64,000 nucleotides of DNA, taken from assembly GCA_964518215.1 (NCBI GenBank), contig CAZFFP010000002.1, forward strand, positions 24,317 through 88,316, written 5' to 3'. The notes beneath the pieces are model-generated. The model ran no database searches. It saw only the letters and a list, made by a program, of their open reading frames with translations, and was not told the DNA's origin. Source of the DNA: an uncultured Chitinophagaceae bacterium (GTDB lineage: Bacteria > Bacteroidota > Bacteroidia > Chitinophagales > CAIOSU01). Below are positions 35,117-44,693 of this stretch, in pieces. A program made the translations under genes and the position numbers. How positions within the stretch are numbered: position 1 is the first letter of the stretch; every line of letters starts with the position of its first letter.

Positions 35117-35203
35117 TCAAACATAGTTTACAGGCGAACTTTGATAGTGAAATTATTTCATCACTTATCGCGCATATAAGCGGGTATCAAAAAAACAACA
35201 ATT

Positions 35204-35488
35204 ATGGATTCAGAAAAAGTATTATTAGGATTTCTTGCCGGTGTAGCAGTTGGAGCTACATTAGGAATTTTATTTGCACCTGACAAAGGTTCAAACACAA
35301 GAAAAAAAATCGCCAGAAGAAGCAATGAGTATGCAGAAGGCATCAAAGAAAAATTCAACGAGATTTTAGAAAATGTAAACACCAAATTAGAAGAACTTTC
35401 TGAAGAAGAAACCACCGGTGCAAACGCCAACAATGGTTTATCCAGAGCAGAAGCCACACAAAAAGAAGTGAGTGCATCTTCTTATTAA
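35204..35488 (+). CDS. YtxH domain-containing stress protein
   Basis: 94 aa. LLGFLAGVAVGATLGILFAPDKGSNTRKKI is the characteristic YtxH N-terminus. Confidence 0.85.
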   Translation: MDSEKVLLGFLAGVAVGATLGILFAPDKGSNTRKKIARRSNEYAEGIKEKFNEILENVNTKLEELSEEETTGANANNGLSRAEATQKEVSASSY

Positions 35489-35507
35489 AACACCACAAAG
35501 CAGCAAC

Positions 35508-35849
35508 ATGGAAACTAAAAAAAATGTCATTGGGTCATTGTTTGAACAAGTAGAAGATTACAGCAAAACCACTTACAAACTTTCAAAACTCAAATCCATT
35601 GAAACCGGCACAATAGTGATTACCGAACTGGTATCGCGCTTGAGTGTCATCATTTTAGTTTCCCTGTTTGCGCTGGTGTTTAATATTGGTATTGCCTTGT
35701 TGCTGGGAGAATTACTCGGAAAAAATTATTACGGCTTTTTCATAGTAGCGGGCTTCTATCTTCTTGCCGGAATCATCGTTCATTTTTTTCTGCATAAATG
35801 GATTAAAAAACCGTTGAGCGAATTAATTATTATTCATGCCCTTCAATAA
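35508..35849 (+). CDS. small two-TM membrane protein (holin-family-like partner of YtxH)
   Basis: I prefer the ATG at 35508 (METKKNVIGSLFEQVEDY). It has two hydrophobic helices and is the typical middle gene of the YtxH triad in Bacteroidota. Confidence 0.7.
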   Translation: METKKNVIGSLFEQVEDYSKTTYKLSKLKSIETGTIVITELVSRLSVIILVSLFALVFNIGIALLLGELLGKNYYGFFIVAGFYLLAGIIVHFFLHKWIKKPLSELIIIHALQ

Positions 35850-35857
35850 ACCATGCG

Positions 35858-36253
35858 ATGCAAAAAATAACCTCATCATCAGAACTCAGAGCCGCTATTC
35901 TGGAATTAGAAAGCAAGCATAGAGAAGAAGGAAGAGTATTGAAAAAAGATATAAACGCTACTGTTGAAAGCATGAAGCCTGTCAATATCATCAAAAGCAT
36001 TTTGAAAAAAGTTTCAGCATCAGATGAAGTGAAAGAGAGCCTTTTGAACACCACTATTGTGCTGGCTGCGGGCTATGCGTCTAAAGTGTTGTTTGAAGAA
36101 TTGTCGGGCAAGCCGTTAAAGAAAACGCTTGGCACTACATTGCTTTTTGGCATCACTACCATCGCCACAAAAAATCCTGAAGCAGTAATTATGTTCGGCA
36201 AAGGAGTGTTCAAAATTTTCAGTAATGGCATTAAAAAGAATGAAGCACTTTAA
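35858..36253 (+). CDS. hypothetical protein (third gene of the YtxH triad)
   Basis: 131 aa with an amphipathic N-terminus and a hydrophobic C-terminal half. It is tightly spaced after the previous gene. Confidence 0.65.
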   Translation: MQKITSSSELRAAILELESKHREEGRVLKKDINATVESMKPVNIIKSILKKVSASDEVKESLLNTTIVLAAGYASKVLFEELSGKPLKKTLGTTLLFGITTIATKNPEAVIMFGKGVFKIFSNGIKKNEAL

Positions 36254-36310
36254 AAAAATTCATTCAACACAGCCTGCACAATACCAAAGAATCAGATTAT
36301 AGCAATTAAA

Positions 36311-37411
36311 ATGAACAAACAGTTTACGTTGCCTTTCTATGCAAAGGTGTCGCTCATCCTGATAGGGATGTTTTTCTTTATTAGCATGTTATACATTGCT
36401 CAGGATATTATTCTTCCTTTAATCTATGCAGCAGTTATTGCCATCTTAATCAGCCCCGCCATCAATTTATTGGTGAGAATAAAAATAAACCGCACATTGG
36501 CAATATCTATTGTTCTGTTTATCGCAGTGCTTTTCATAGTCGGGCTGATAGTATTAATAATATCCCGAACAAATTTATTGATAGAGGCACTGCCACAAAT
36601 GACCGCAAAGTTTGAAACCTTGCTCCGCGATGCGGTGAAATGGGCTTCAGAATATTTGCATATCACCACCAAAGAAATAGATATATGGCTTGCCAATGAA
36701 AAGGCACAACTCATGGAGTCGAATAATATTGGCGTAAGCGGAACGCTTGTGTCTATGGGTAGCGGGTTGACTATCATGATGCTTACTCCGGTTTATACAT
36801 TTATGCTGCTGTATTATCAGCCGCACTTGGTTTTATTTGTGCATCAATTATTTGGAAACGATAATGATAAAAGTGTAACGGAGATTCTTTCCGAAACAAA
36901 AGTTATTATTCAAAATTATTTAAACGGGCTGTTGGTAGAATTTGTGATAGTAGCTGTCATGAATACCGTTGGGCTGCTTTTACTTGGAATAGAATACGCC
37001 ATTCTGTTGGGCATTATTGGTTCGTTATTAAATGTCATTCCCTATATAGGCGGAATAGTAGGAGTGGCATTGTTTATGGCGGTAGCTTTAGTTACCAAAG
37101 CGCCTATTTATGTGTTCTATGTATTCATGCTTTATATCGTCATACAGTTTATAGACAACAATTATATCGTTCCAAAAATTGTTGGTTCCAAAGTGAAACT
37201 CAACGCGCTCGTGTCTATTATCGGAGTGATTGCGGGTGCAGCTCTGTGGGGCATATCAGGCATGTTTCTTTCCATACCCATACTCGCCATCATCAAGCTG
37301 ATTTCCGACCGCATTAACCCGCTCAAGCCCTGGGGCTTTCTGTTGGGCGACACCATGCCTCCGATAGTGGAGTTGAAGTTAAAATTTATTAGACTGACTA
37401 AGAGAATTTGA
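36311..37411 (+). CDS. AI-2E family transporter (PerM/UPF0118)
   Basis: 366 aa, polytopic. The conserved C-terminal part reads IPYIGGIVG...DNNYIVPKIVGSKVKLNAL...GAALWGISGMFLSIP. Confidence 0.85.
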   Translation: MNKQFTLPFYAKVSLILIGMFFFISMLYIAQDIILPLIYAAVIAILISPAINLLVRIKINRTLAISIVLFIAVLFIVGLIVLIISRTNLLIEALPQMTAKFETLLRDAVKWASEYLHITTKEIDIWLANEKAQLMESNNIGVSGTLVSMGSGLTIMMLTPVYTFMLLYYQPHLVLFVHQLFGNDNDKSVTEILSETKVIIQNYLNGLLVEFVIVAVMNTVGLLLLGIEYAILLGIIGSLLNVIPYIGGIVGVALFMAVALVTKAPIYVFYVFMLYIVIQFIDNNYIVPKIVGSKVKLNALVSIIGVIAGAALWGISGMFLSIPILAIIKLISDRINPLKPWGFLLGDTMPPIVELKLKFIRLTKRI

Positions 37412-37668
37412 GGGGGGCAGAACTATTCTGTACTATGTTGCAGGTAGCATCAGTTAGTGGAGTAGTATATAATGATCCAAAAGATGGTTTGGTGAAATAG
37501 TTAATTTTTATTGCCGCCAAACAATATTCCCATAAGTAGTATGCTCGTTTCGGCAATTTTATCAAAATATGATTGTGCTTCACTTTATTTTATACAGAAT
37601 ATTCTTACATTGGAACTGTTATAAAACTTTGGGAGGAAGAAGATTATCTGAATCTTTATATTCGCATC

Positions 37669-38424
37669 ATGACACCCATTGCACTCATTACAGGAGCCAC
37701 TTCAGGAATAGGCAAGGCTACGGCAATCAAATTCGCTCTACAGGGCTACCGCATAATTATTTGTGGAAGAAGAAAAGAAAGATTGGATGCCTTACAAAAA
37801 CAACTTTCAGAAATAACGAAAACACACTCTTTGTGCTTCGATGTGAGCGTTAGAAGCGATGTGAAATCGGCAATTGAATCCTTGCCGCAGGAATGGCAAT
37901 CGATCGAAATTCTTATTAATAATGCAGGAAATGCTCACGGGCTTGCCCCTATTGATAAAGGTAATGTTGACGATTGGGATAACATGATTGACATTAATGT
38001 AAAAGGCTTGCTTTATGTTACTAAAATGGTTGTTCCTCAAATGGTCAAACGCCAGTCGGGACACATCATCAATATTGGTTCCATAGCGGGTAAGGAAGTG
38101 TATCCGAACGGAAATGTTTACAATGCTTCAAAATTTGCGATAGATGCTCTGGGCAAAGGCATGTTGATGGACCTGAATCCTTACGGAATAAAGGTTACCA
38201 ATATTAATCCCGGATTGGTGGAGACAGAATTTTCGTTAGTGCGTTTTAAAGGCGATAAATTGCGGGCAGCTAATGTTTATATGGGTTTGCAGCCACTTAC
38301 AGCCGAAGATGTAGCCGAAGCTATTTTTTGGTCGGCATCGCGCCCGGCTCATGTAAACATCAGCGATATGACACTGATGCCCACCGCACAGGCAAGCGCA
38401 CAAGTGGTGAACAGAAAAGCATAG
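37669..38424 (+). CDS. short-chain dehydrogenase/reductase (YdfG/serine 3-dehydrogenase-like)
   Basis: I prefer the ATG at 37669 (MTPIALITGATSGIGKA, which is the TGxxxGIG motif). NNAG and catalytic YNASK are present. Confidence 0.85.
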   Translation: MTPIALITGATSGIGKATAIKFALQGYRIIICGRRKERLDALQKQLSEITKTHSLCFDVSVRSDVKSAIESLPQEWQSIEILINNAGNAHGLAPIDKGNVDDWDNMIDINVKGLLYVTKMVVPQMVKRQSGHIINIGSIAGKEVYPNGNVYNASKFAIDALGKGMLMDLNPYGIKVTNINPGLVETEFSLVRFKGDKLRAANVYMGLQPLTAEDVAEAIFWSASRPAHVNISDMTLMPTAQASAQVVNRKA

Positions 38425-38619
38425 CAACACCATAAAATAAATTAAGGGCAAATCATCAATGCTTCCTTCGTTTTGTATGAATAAAAAATACACTTCAGAT
38501 TTCCCACATTTATATTATTAACTCTACAACCAAATGTGTTTTGCTTTTAGCTATTTTTGAACATTCAGGAAAATGCTATTTTCTTAACCCGGCTTTTTTG
38601 TTCAATCACTTAAATTCTC

Positions 38620-39456
38620 ATGCGCAGCCTCTTAGATTTTATTGCACGCTTTCACGCATTCTTTTTGTTTTTGTTGCTGCAATTGCTTTCTATGGCGCTA
38701 ATTATTCGCCATCATCAATATCATAATGCTACTTTTTTCAATACTGCTAATTACTTTACCGGCAATGCCTATACTTTTGTTTCAGACATGAAAGGATATT
38801 TACAACTGAAAAATTCTAACGAAATGCTGGCATCTGAAAACGCTTTGCTCAGAGCTGCTTTACCGGAAAACATTGAAGCTCCCCCTTTATTCAGCGACAC
38901 TTCCTGCAAAGAAGAATTGCCGTTCTATGTGCAATACATTGCTGCCAAAGTCATCAACAATTCGGTGACGAAAGCCAACAATTATATCACACTGAATAAG
39001 GGCAAAAAAGATGGTGTGTATTTGGAAGCAGGCGTTATAGGAAGCGATGGAATAGTAGGCATAGTTACCGATGTGTCGGAAAATTTTTCGATTGCCATGT
39101 CGCTGCTGCATAAGAAAAGCAATGTGAGTGTTCGACTGAAAAAATCGCGTTACATAGGCAACCTCAACTGGGCGGGCGGCAGTCCTGAATTTGTGTTAGT
39201 TTCGGGCGTGCCGGTGAATGCCATGATAGATAAAAACGACACCATAGTTACCAGTGGTTTCTCCTCTATATTTCCCGAAAATATTCCGGTAGGAAGAATT
39301 ATTGAATTGAATAACAAAACCGGCAGCAATTTTTATGATATTAAAGTAGAGTTGTTTACTAATTTCCGTACGCTCGACTATGTATATGTGGTGAATAATT
39401 ATTTAAAAGCCGAACAAGATTCGCTCGAAAACAGACATGAACCTGATTCTAAATAA
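38620..39456 (+). CDS. mreC: rod shape-determining protein MreC
   Basis: An N-terminal TM helix, a coiled-coil (LKNSNEMLASENALLRAAL) and beta-rich domains. It sits directly upstream of mreD-mrdA-rodA. Confidence 0.8.
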   Translation: MRSLLDFIARFHAFFLFLLLQLLSMALIIRHHQYHNATFFNTANYFTGNAYTFVSDMKGYLQLKNSNEMLASENALLRAALPENIEAPPLFSDTSCKEELPFYVQYIAAKVINNSVTKANNYITLNKGKKDGVYLEAGVIGSDGIVGIVTDVSENFSIAMSLLHKKSNVSVRLKKSRYIGNLNWAGGSPEFVLVSGVPVNAMIDKNDTIVTSGFSSIFPENIPVGRIIELNNKTGSNFYDIKVELFTNFRTLDYVYVVNNYLKAEQDSLENRHEPDSK

Positions 39457-39958
39457 CATATTGAAATTTATCGGGCTGGCATTGCTTCAAGTGTTGATAG
39501 TAAGCAATTTTGAATTGAGCTACTATATCAATCCATATATACATCTTTTGTTTTTGCTCACGCTTCCATTTCAAACTTCAACAGCCTTGCTTTTGATACT
39601 GGGCTTTTTTAGCGGATTTGTGTTGGATATGTTTTTAAATACATTAGGGCTGCATACAGCCGCATCGGTTTGGTTAGCGTTTGTGCGCCCGGGTATTTTA
39701 GCGCTCATTTCTCCCAAAGGCGGTTTTGAAGGCAGCCCTCAACCTGGCATTTCGACCAATGGCGCGGCTTGGTTTTTTCTCTATTTAACGCTCGGCAGCT
39801 TTGCATACATGATGGTTTACTTTTTTCTTGAAGTATTCACGTTTACAGAATTTTTTCAAACAACAGGAAAAATATTTCTAAGTATTATTTTCTCGGTAGT
39901 TCTGATGTTTATGCTTACCTATCTTTTTTCTCCTGATAAAAAAAGAAAAGCATACTAA
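39437..39958 (+). CDS. mreD: rod shape-determining protein MreD
   Basis: 173 aa, polytopic. It overlaps mreC by 20 nt, and the call rests on its operon position. Confidence 0.7.
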   Translation: MNLILNNILKFIGLALLQVLIVSNFELSYYINPYIHLLFLLTLPFQTSTALLLILGFFSGFVLDMFLNTLGLHTAASVWLAFVRPGILALISPKGGFEGSPQPGISTNGAAWFFLYLTLGSFAYMMVYFFLEVFTFTEFFQTTGKIFLSIIFSVVLMFMLTYLFSPDKKRKAY

Positions 39959-39961
39959 ATC

Positions 39962-41803
39962 ATGGACCTCTATAAACATCGCAGATTAGTATTGCAGATA
40001 ATTCTGGCGGTGGTGCTTTTCATTTTTATTGCAAAGTTGTTTCACTTGCAAATGATAGACAAAACCTACACGCAAATGGCAAGTCAGAATGCCATCAGGC
40101 GTGTGCCCAATTATCCCAATCGCGGTTTGATTTTAGACCGTAACGATAAGTTAGTTGTGTTCAACGATGCGGTGTATGATTTATATGTAATTCCTGCTCA
40201 GGTAAAAGAAATGGATACGGTGAAGTTTTGCCATTTGCTGAAAATTGATATTCAGTTTTTTCGCGACCAGTTGCAAAAAGCCAGAAGTTATTCACGCTAT
40301 CGTCCATCGGTATTTGTAAAGCAAATTTCTGCTAAAGATTTTGCTTTGTTTCAGGAACACCTGTTTCAGTTTCCCGGATTTTATGAAGAGTTGCGCACCA
40401 TCAGGCGCTATCCTTATGCAAGTGCGGGGCATACGCTTGGTTACATTGGCGAAGTAAGTCCATCGCAAATCGAAAAAGATAAGAGCTACCAAATGGGCGA
40501 TTATATCGGCATCAGCGGAGTGGAACAGACTTACGAAGAATTTTTAAGAGGCAAACGCGGTGTGCGCTATATCATGGTAGATGTGTTGAACCGTGAAAAA
40601 GGTTCGTTTATGGATGGTGCGCTCGATACTCCTGCTGTTGCAGGAAAAAACATGAGGCTTTCCATTGATATTGATTTGCAGAATTATGGCGAATGGCTCA
40701 TGCAAAATAAAAAAGGAAGTATCGTTTGTATTGAACCCTCTACCGGTGAAATATTAGCCATGATTAGCAGCCCGGCTTATGACCCGAATCTACTTACGGG
40801 AAGGGAACGCGGTAAGAATTTTATAGCGCTGCGCGATAACCCGCGCCAACCTTTATACAATCGTCCTATCATGGGATTCTATCCTCCGGGTTCAACTTTC
40901 AAAACCGTGATTGGTCTGATAGGTTTGCAGGAAAAAGTTATTAATGTCAATTCGGGCTACAATTGTCGTATGGGTTATAGTATCGGTTCTATTTTTGTTA
41001 AATGCCGTTCACATCCACCCGCATCAAATATTACTATTGCATTGCAACACTCCTGCAATGCATATTTCTGCAACACTTTTAAACTTACTATAGACAATAA
41101 TAAATATAAAGACGAAGATGCTACTCTTGCAAAATGGAATGAATATCTATACAGTTTTGGTGTTGGAAAAAAAACAGGAATAGATGTTCCGAACGAGCAG
41201 CAAGGTTTAGTGCCTACACCCGAATATTACAAGAAAGTCTATAAAGGCTGGCGATGGAAATCTTCAACCATCATTTCGCTCGGTATAGGTCAGGGAGAAG
41301 TGGCAACTACACCATTACAGTTAGCCAACTTGACCGCTTGTATTGCCAATCGCGGCTACTATTACATTCCGCATTTAGCAAAGGCGATAGATGACCCTAA
41401 GTTTTATGAAAACAATAAATATTTGGCAAAACAGCATACTATGGTGGACTCCACCTACTTCGAAGCTGTGGTAGAAGCCCTATATCTCACGGTGGAGGCG
41501 GGTACTGCGCGCGCTTCACGCATTCCGGGTATTACTATGTGTGGCAAAACAGGCACGGTACAAAATCCTCAAGGTGAAGACCACTCTATGTTTATTGCTT
41601 TTGCTCCCAAAGACAATCCTCGAATTGTAGTGTGTGCCGTAGTTGAAAATGCCGGTGGCGGTTCTAAATTTGCCGCTCCCATTTCAAGTTTGATGATTGA
41701 AAAATATCTCAACGACACCATCATGGAAAGTCGTAAGCATATTGAGAAAAGAATTTTAGAAACCGACCTTTTTAATATTCAGCCTAAAAAGCCTACACCA
41801 TGA
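39962..41803 (+). CDS. mrdA: penicillin-binding protein 2 (elongasome transpeptidase)
   Basis: Motifs SxxK (GSTFK), SxN (HSCN) and KTGT (GKTGTVQN), plus an N-terminal TM anchor. Confidence 0.9.
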   Translation: MDLYKHRRLVLQIILAVVLFIFIAKLFHLQMIDKTYTQMASQNAIRRVPNYPNRGLILDRNDKLVVFNDAVYDLYVIPAQVKEMDTVKFCHLLKIDIQFFRDQLQKARSYSRYRPSVFVKQISAKDFALFQEHLFQFPGFYEELRTIRRYPYASAGHTLGYIGEVSPSQIEKDKSYQMGDYIGISGVEQTYEEFLRGKRGVRYIMVDVLNREKGSFMDGALDTPAVAGKNMRLSIDIDLQNYGEWLMQNKKGSIVCIEPSTGEILAMISSPAYDPNLLTGRERGKNFIALRDNPRQPLYNRPIMGFYPPGSTFKTVIGLIGLQEKVINVNSGYNCRMGYSIGSIFVKCRSHPPASNITIALQHSCNAYFCNTFKLTIDNNKYKDEDATLAKWNEYLYSFGVGKKTGIDVPNEQQGLVPTPEYYKKVYKGWRWKSSTIISLGIGQGEVATTPLQLANLTACIANRGYYYIPHLAKAIDDPKFYENNKYLAKQHTMVDSTYFEAVVEALYLTVEAGTARASRIPGITMCGKTGTVQNPQGEDHSMFIAFAPKDNPRIVVCAVVENAGGGSKFAAPISSLMIEKYLNDTIMESRKHIEKRILETDLFNIQPKKPTP

Positions 41804-43059
41804 GAAGAAAAGGTTTGTTTGCAAATATTGATTGGCTCACGGTAATGCTCTATATCACAATGGTATTCATCGGGTGGATTTCGATTTATGCCGCTACTTA
41901 TGATGAAGAACATGCTGCCATTATTGATATGAAATCGAATCATGGCAAACAATTGATGTGGATAGGAATTTCGATATTGACAGGCTTCGTGTTGCTCGTG
42001 ATTGACAGTAAATTTTACACTACCTTTTCTTACCCGATTTATGGTTTACTCATGCTGCTGCTGGTGGGCGTATTGATATTCGGTTCTACCATCAAAGGCT
42101 CTAAATCATGGATTACTTTCGGAAGTTTTTCTTTACAACCCTCCGAGCTTGCCAAGTTTGCAACAGCTTTGGCGTTGGCAAAATTTCTCAGTGCACAAAA
42201 CATTTCGCTCAAACCGCTTTCGGCTAAACTGATATGCGGAGTAATTATCGGTATTCCTGCATTATTAATATTAGCTCAGGGCGATACCGGTTCGATGTTG
42301 GTTTTTGCAGCTTTTATTCTGGTTTTGTTTCGCGAAGGGTTGCCTTCATTTTTTCTCATTATCATTTTTGTTACGGCAGTTTTGTCGGTGGTGGCATTGG
42401 TCATAGATAAACTATTCATCATTATAGGCTTAACGGTGCTCATGCTGTTGATTTTATATTTTCTGCGGAAAGCAAAAAATGCTTTGCCGGTACTCGGTAT
42501 TATTTTGATGGTGTGTAGCGCTTATGTTTTTTCAGTAGATTATATGTTTAACAATGTGCTGAAATCGCATCAGCGCGAACGGGTAGAAATTATTCTCGGA
42601 ACAAAAACAGACCTGAAAGGCGCGGGTTATAATCTCAATCAATCGCTCATTGCCATCGGTTCGGGCGGGCTATGGGGCAAAGGCTTTCTGAAAGGCACAC
42701 AAACCAAATTTAATTTTGTGCCGGAGCAAAGCACCGATTTTATTTTTTGCACCATAGGCGAAGAATGGGGCTTTGCCGGAACCTCTGGAGTGTTACTGAT
42801 TTTTTTCGGTTTGTTATATAGAATTATTTTTCTTGCAGAGCGACAGCGTTCGCGATTTTCGCGCGTGTATGCCTATAGTGTGGCATCTGTTTTATTCTTT
42901 CACGTTGCTGTTAATGTTGGTATGACGATTGGTTTGGTTCCTATAATCGGCATACCATTTCCGTTTGTAAGCTATGGCGGTTCGTCCATACTTGCTTTTA
43001 GCATACTGCTTTTTATTCTGTTGCGCTTAGACAGTGATAGATTGGCAGTGTTGAGATAG
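41800..43059 (+). CDS. rodA: rod shape-determining protein RodA (SEDS family)
   Basis: 419 aa, polytopic SEDS protein with FVPEQSTDFIFCTIGEEWGF and PIIGIPFPFVSYGGSS. It overlaps mrdA by 4 nt. Confidence 0.9.
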   Translation: MRRKGLFANIDWLTVMLYITMVFIGWISIYAATYDEEHAAIIDMKSNHGKQLMWIGISILTGFVLLVIDSKFYTTFSYPIYGLLMLLLVGVLIFGSTIKGSKSWITFGSFSLQPSELAKFATALALAKFLSAQNISLKPLSAKLICGVIIGIPALLILAQGDTGSMLVFAAFILVLFREGLPSFFLIIIFVTAVLSVVALVIDKLFIIIGLTVLMLLILYFLRKAKNALPVLGIILMVCSAYVFSVDYMFNNVLKSHQRERVEIILGTKTDLKGAGYNLNQSLIAIGSGGLWGKGFLKGTQTKFNFVPEQSTDFIFCTIGEEWGFAGTSGVLLIFFGLLYRIIFLAERQRSRFSRVYAYSVASVLFFHVAVNVGMTIGLVPIIGIPFPFVSYGGSSILAFSILLFILLRLDSDRLAVLR

Positions 43060-43375
43060 GTGTTTGGTTTCAGATAGTAATTTAGATTTCTTAAAATTTT
43101 AAATTTTGTTAAACTTGGATTTTGAGCTAAGGATAAGCATCCGTTGAGATACCTCGAAATAACAACAAACAAATAACCTATATGGCACTATTTAAGTAAA
43201 TAGCTTTATGACCTGAAAAAATTAACGGACTATTGTTAATATGCACTTTTTAAAATTGTTGCCCGATTTGTTAGGTCTGTCAATTAGTTAATGTTATATT
43301 GAGGAACCAATAGCAGCATACATTGTTATCAATCACAATCCCCAAACCTTACTTCAATAAAATTTTAATGACACT

Positions 43376-44662
43376 ATGAAATATTTTTTTCTGCTGATTG
43401 CCCTTGTACTCTCGCTGAACACTTTTGCCGAAATTGAAAAATACTTAGTAAGCCACACCTTGGTGAAGTCTTACACTTCCAAAGAGCTTAAAGAATTATG
43501 GAAGAAAAAGAAGGTTCCGAAAATAATGATGCCCGTAAAATACGGTGTAGATGTTTATGAAATTATTTACAAAGTGCAATGGATAGACGGAACCTGGAGA
43601 AATGCATCGGGCATTTACTTCGCGCCCAAAACCAATAAGCCCGTGCCTTTTATGATGTATGGGCATGGCACACAAATAGAAAAACATCGCGAAATTTCTG
43701 ATAAAGATTCGCAACAAAATATCTGTTTAATGTTTGCTACCGATGGCTATGCCGCCATGTTTCCCGATTATTATGGTATAGGAAAAGGTGATGGCAGGCA
43801 CTTGTATCAACACGCATGGTCAGAAGCACACTCGTTTATTTATATGCTGTATGCCTTAGATGAGTTGAATCAATCTATCAACATCAAACACAACGGACAA
43901 TTATTTTTAACCGGCTATTCGCAAGGCGGACATGCTTCTATGGCTGCACATAAATATATTCAGGAACTCAACGACCCGCACTTTCAGGTAACGGCATCTT
44001 CGCCTATGAGTGGCGCTTATGATATGACCGGTGAACAGGAGAAATATATGTTTGAAGAATATCCCCGTCCATTCTATTTGCCTTATCTTTTAATTTCTTA
44101 TCAGGAAGCGTATAAAATTTTTGAAGATGCTTCTGTATATACTGCGTTCAAACCGCCATTCGATACCATCTTTCCAAAATATTTTGAAAACAACGAAAGC
44201 AAATCTTTCAATGAGTTGAATAAAATAATGCCTAAAATTCCGAAGGATATAATGTTAGATAGTTTGGTGGATGTTTACATAAACGACCCTGATTTTGTTT
44301 TTAAAGAGCGGCTTCGCGAAAATAATTTAACCCAATGGAAGCCGGAAGCGCCCATGCAATTGTGCTATTGCAAAGGCGACAGAGAAGTAAATTATATGAA
44401 CTCATTGGTAGCGCATAAAGAAATGAAAACTCTGGGCGCAACAGATATAAAGCTCAATAATCTCAGCGACCAACTCGACCATAATACCTGTGCAGCATTT
44501 GCTGTGCTCTCGACCAAATACTTTTTCAACAGGTATAAGAAGAAAGGAAAAAATCCTAAGATGAAAGACCTGCCCAAATTCAAAAAATTTCTGGTGGGTA
44601 TTGTTAAGAAGAAAGAAGAAAAAAAATATCTCAGCGAAGGGCGCGATAAAGCCTATCTGTAA
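43376..44662 (+). CDS. secreted alpha/beta-hydrolase (lipase-like)
   Basis: Signal peptide MKYFFLLIALVLSLNTFA, nucleophile elbow GYSQGGH, and a Lys-rich C-terminal tail. Confidence 0.7.
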   Translation: MKYFFLLIALVLSLNTFAEIEKYLVSHTLVKSYTSKELKELWKKKKVPKIMMPVKYGVDVYEIIYKVQWIDGTWRNASGIYFAPKTNKPVPFMMYGHGTQIEKHREISDKDSQQNICLMFATDGYAAMFPDYYGIGKGDGRHLYQHAWSEAHSFIYMLYALDELNQSINIKHNGQLFLTGYSQGGHASMAAHKYIQELNDPHFQVTASSPMSGAYDMTGEQEKYMFEEYPRPFYLPYLLISYQEAYKIFEDASVYTAFKPPFDTIFPKYFENNESKSFNELNKIMPKIPKDIMLDSLVDVYINDPDFVFKERLRENNLTQWKPEAPMQLCYCKGDREVNYMNSLVAHKEMKTLGATDIKLNNLSDQLDHNTCAAFAVLSTKYFFNRYKKKGKNPKMKDLPKFKKFLVGIVKKKEEKKYLSEGRDKAYL

Positions 44663-44693
44663 TTTTTTCCTAACTACTTAAGTCACCTTGCAA

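Noticed and set aside
37488-37504. A possible fifth copy of motif box 1 (TTTGGTGAAATAGTTAA) upstream of the SDR gene.
   Set aside because: Only 10/17 positions match, and no AATTnTrTAAC box follows 11 nt downstream.
38425-38619. Absence of mreB upstream of mreC-mreD-mrdA-rodA as a sign of an unusual elongasome.
   Set aside because: mreB can simply be encoded elsewhere in the genome. Nothing in the 195-nt spacer suggests a relic or rearrangement, so this cannot be evaluated from one window.
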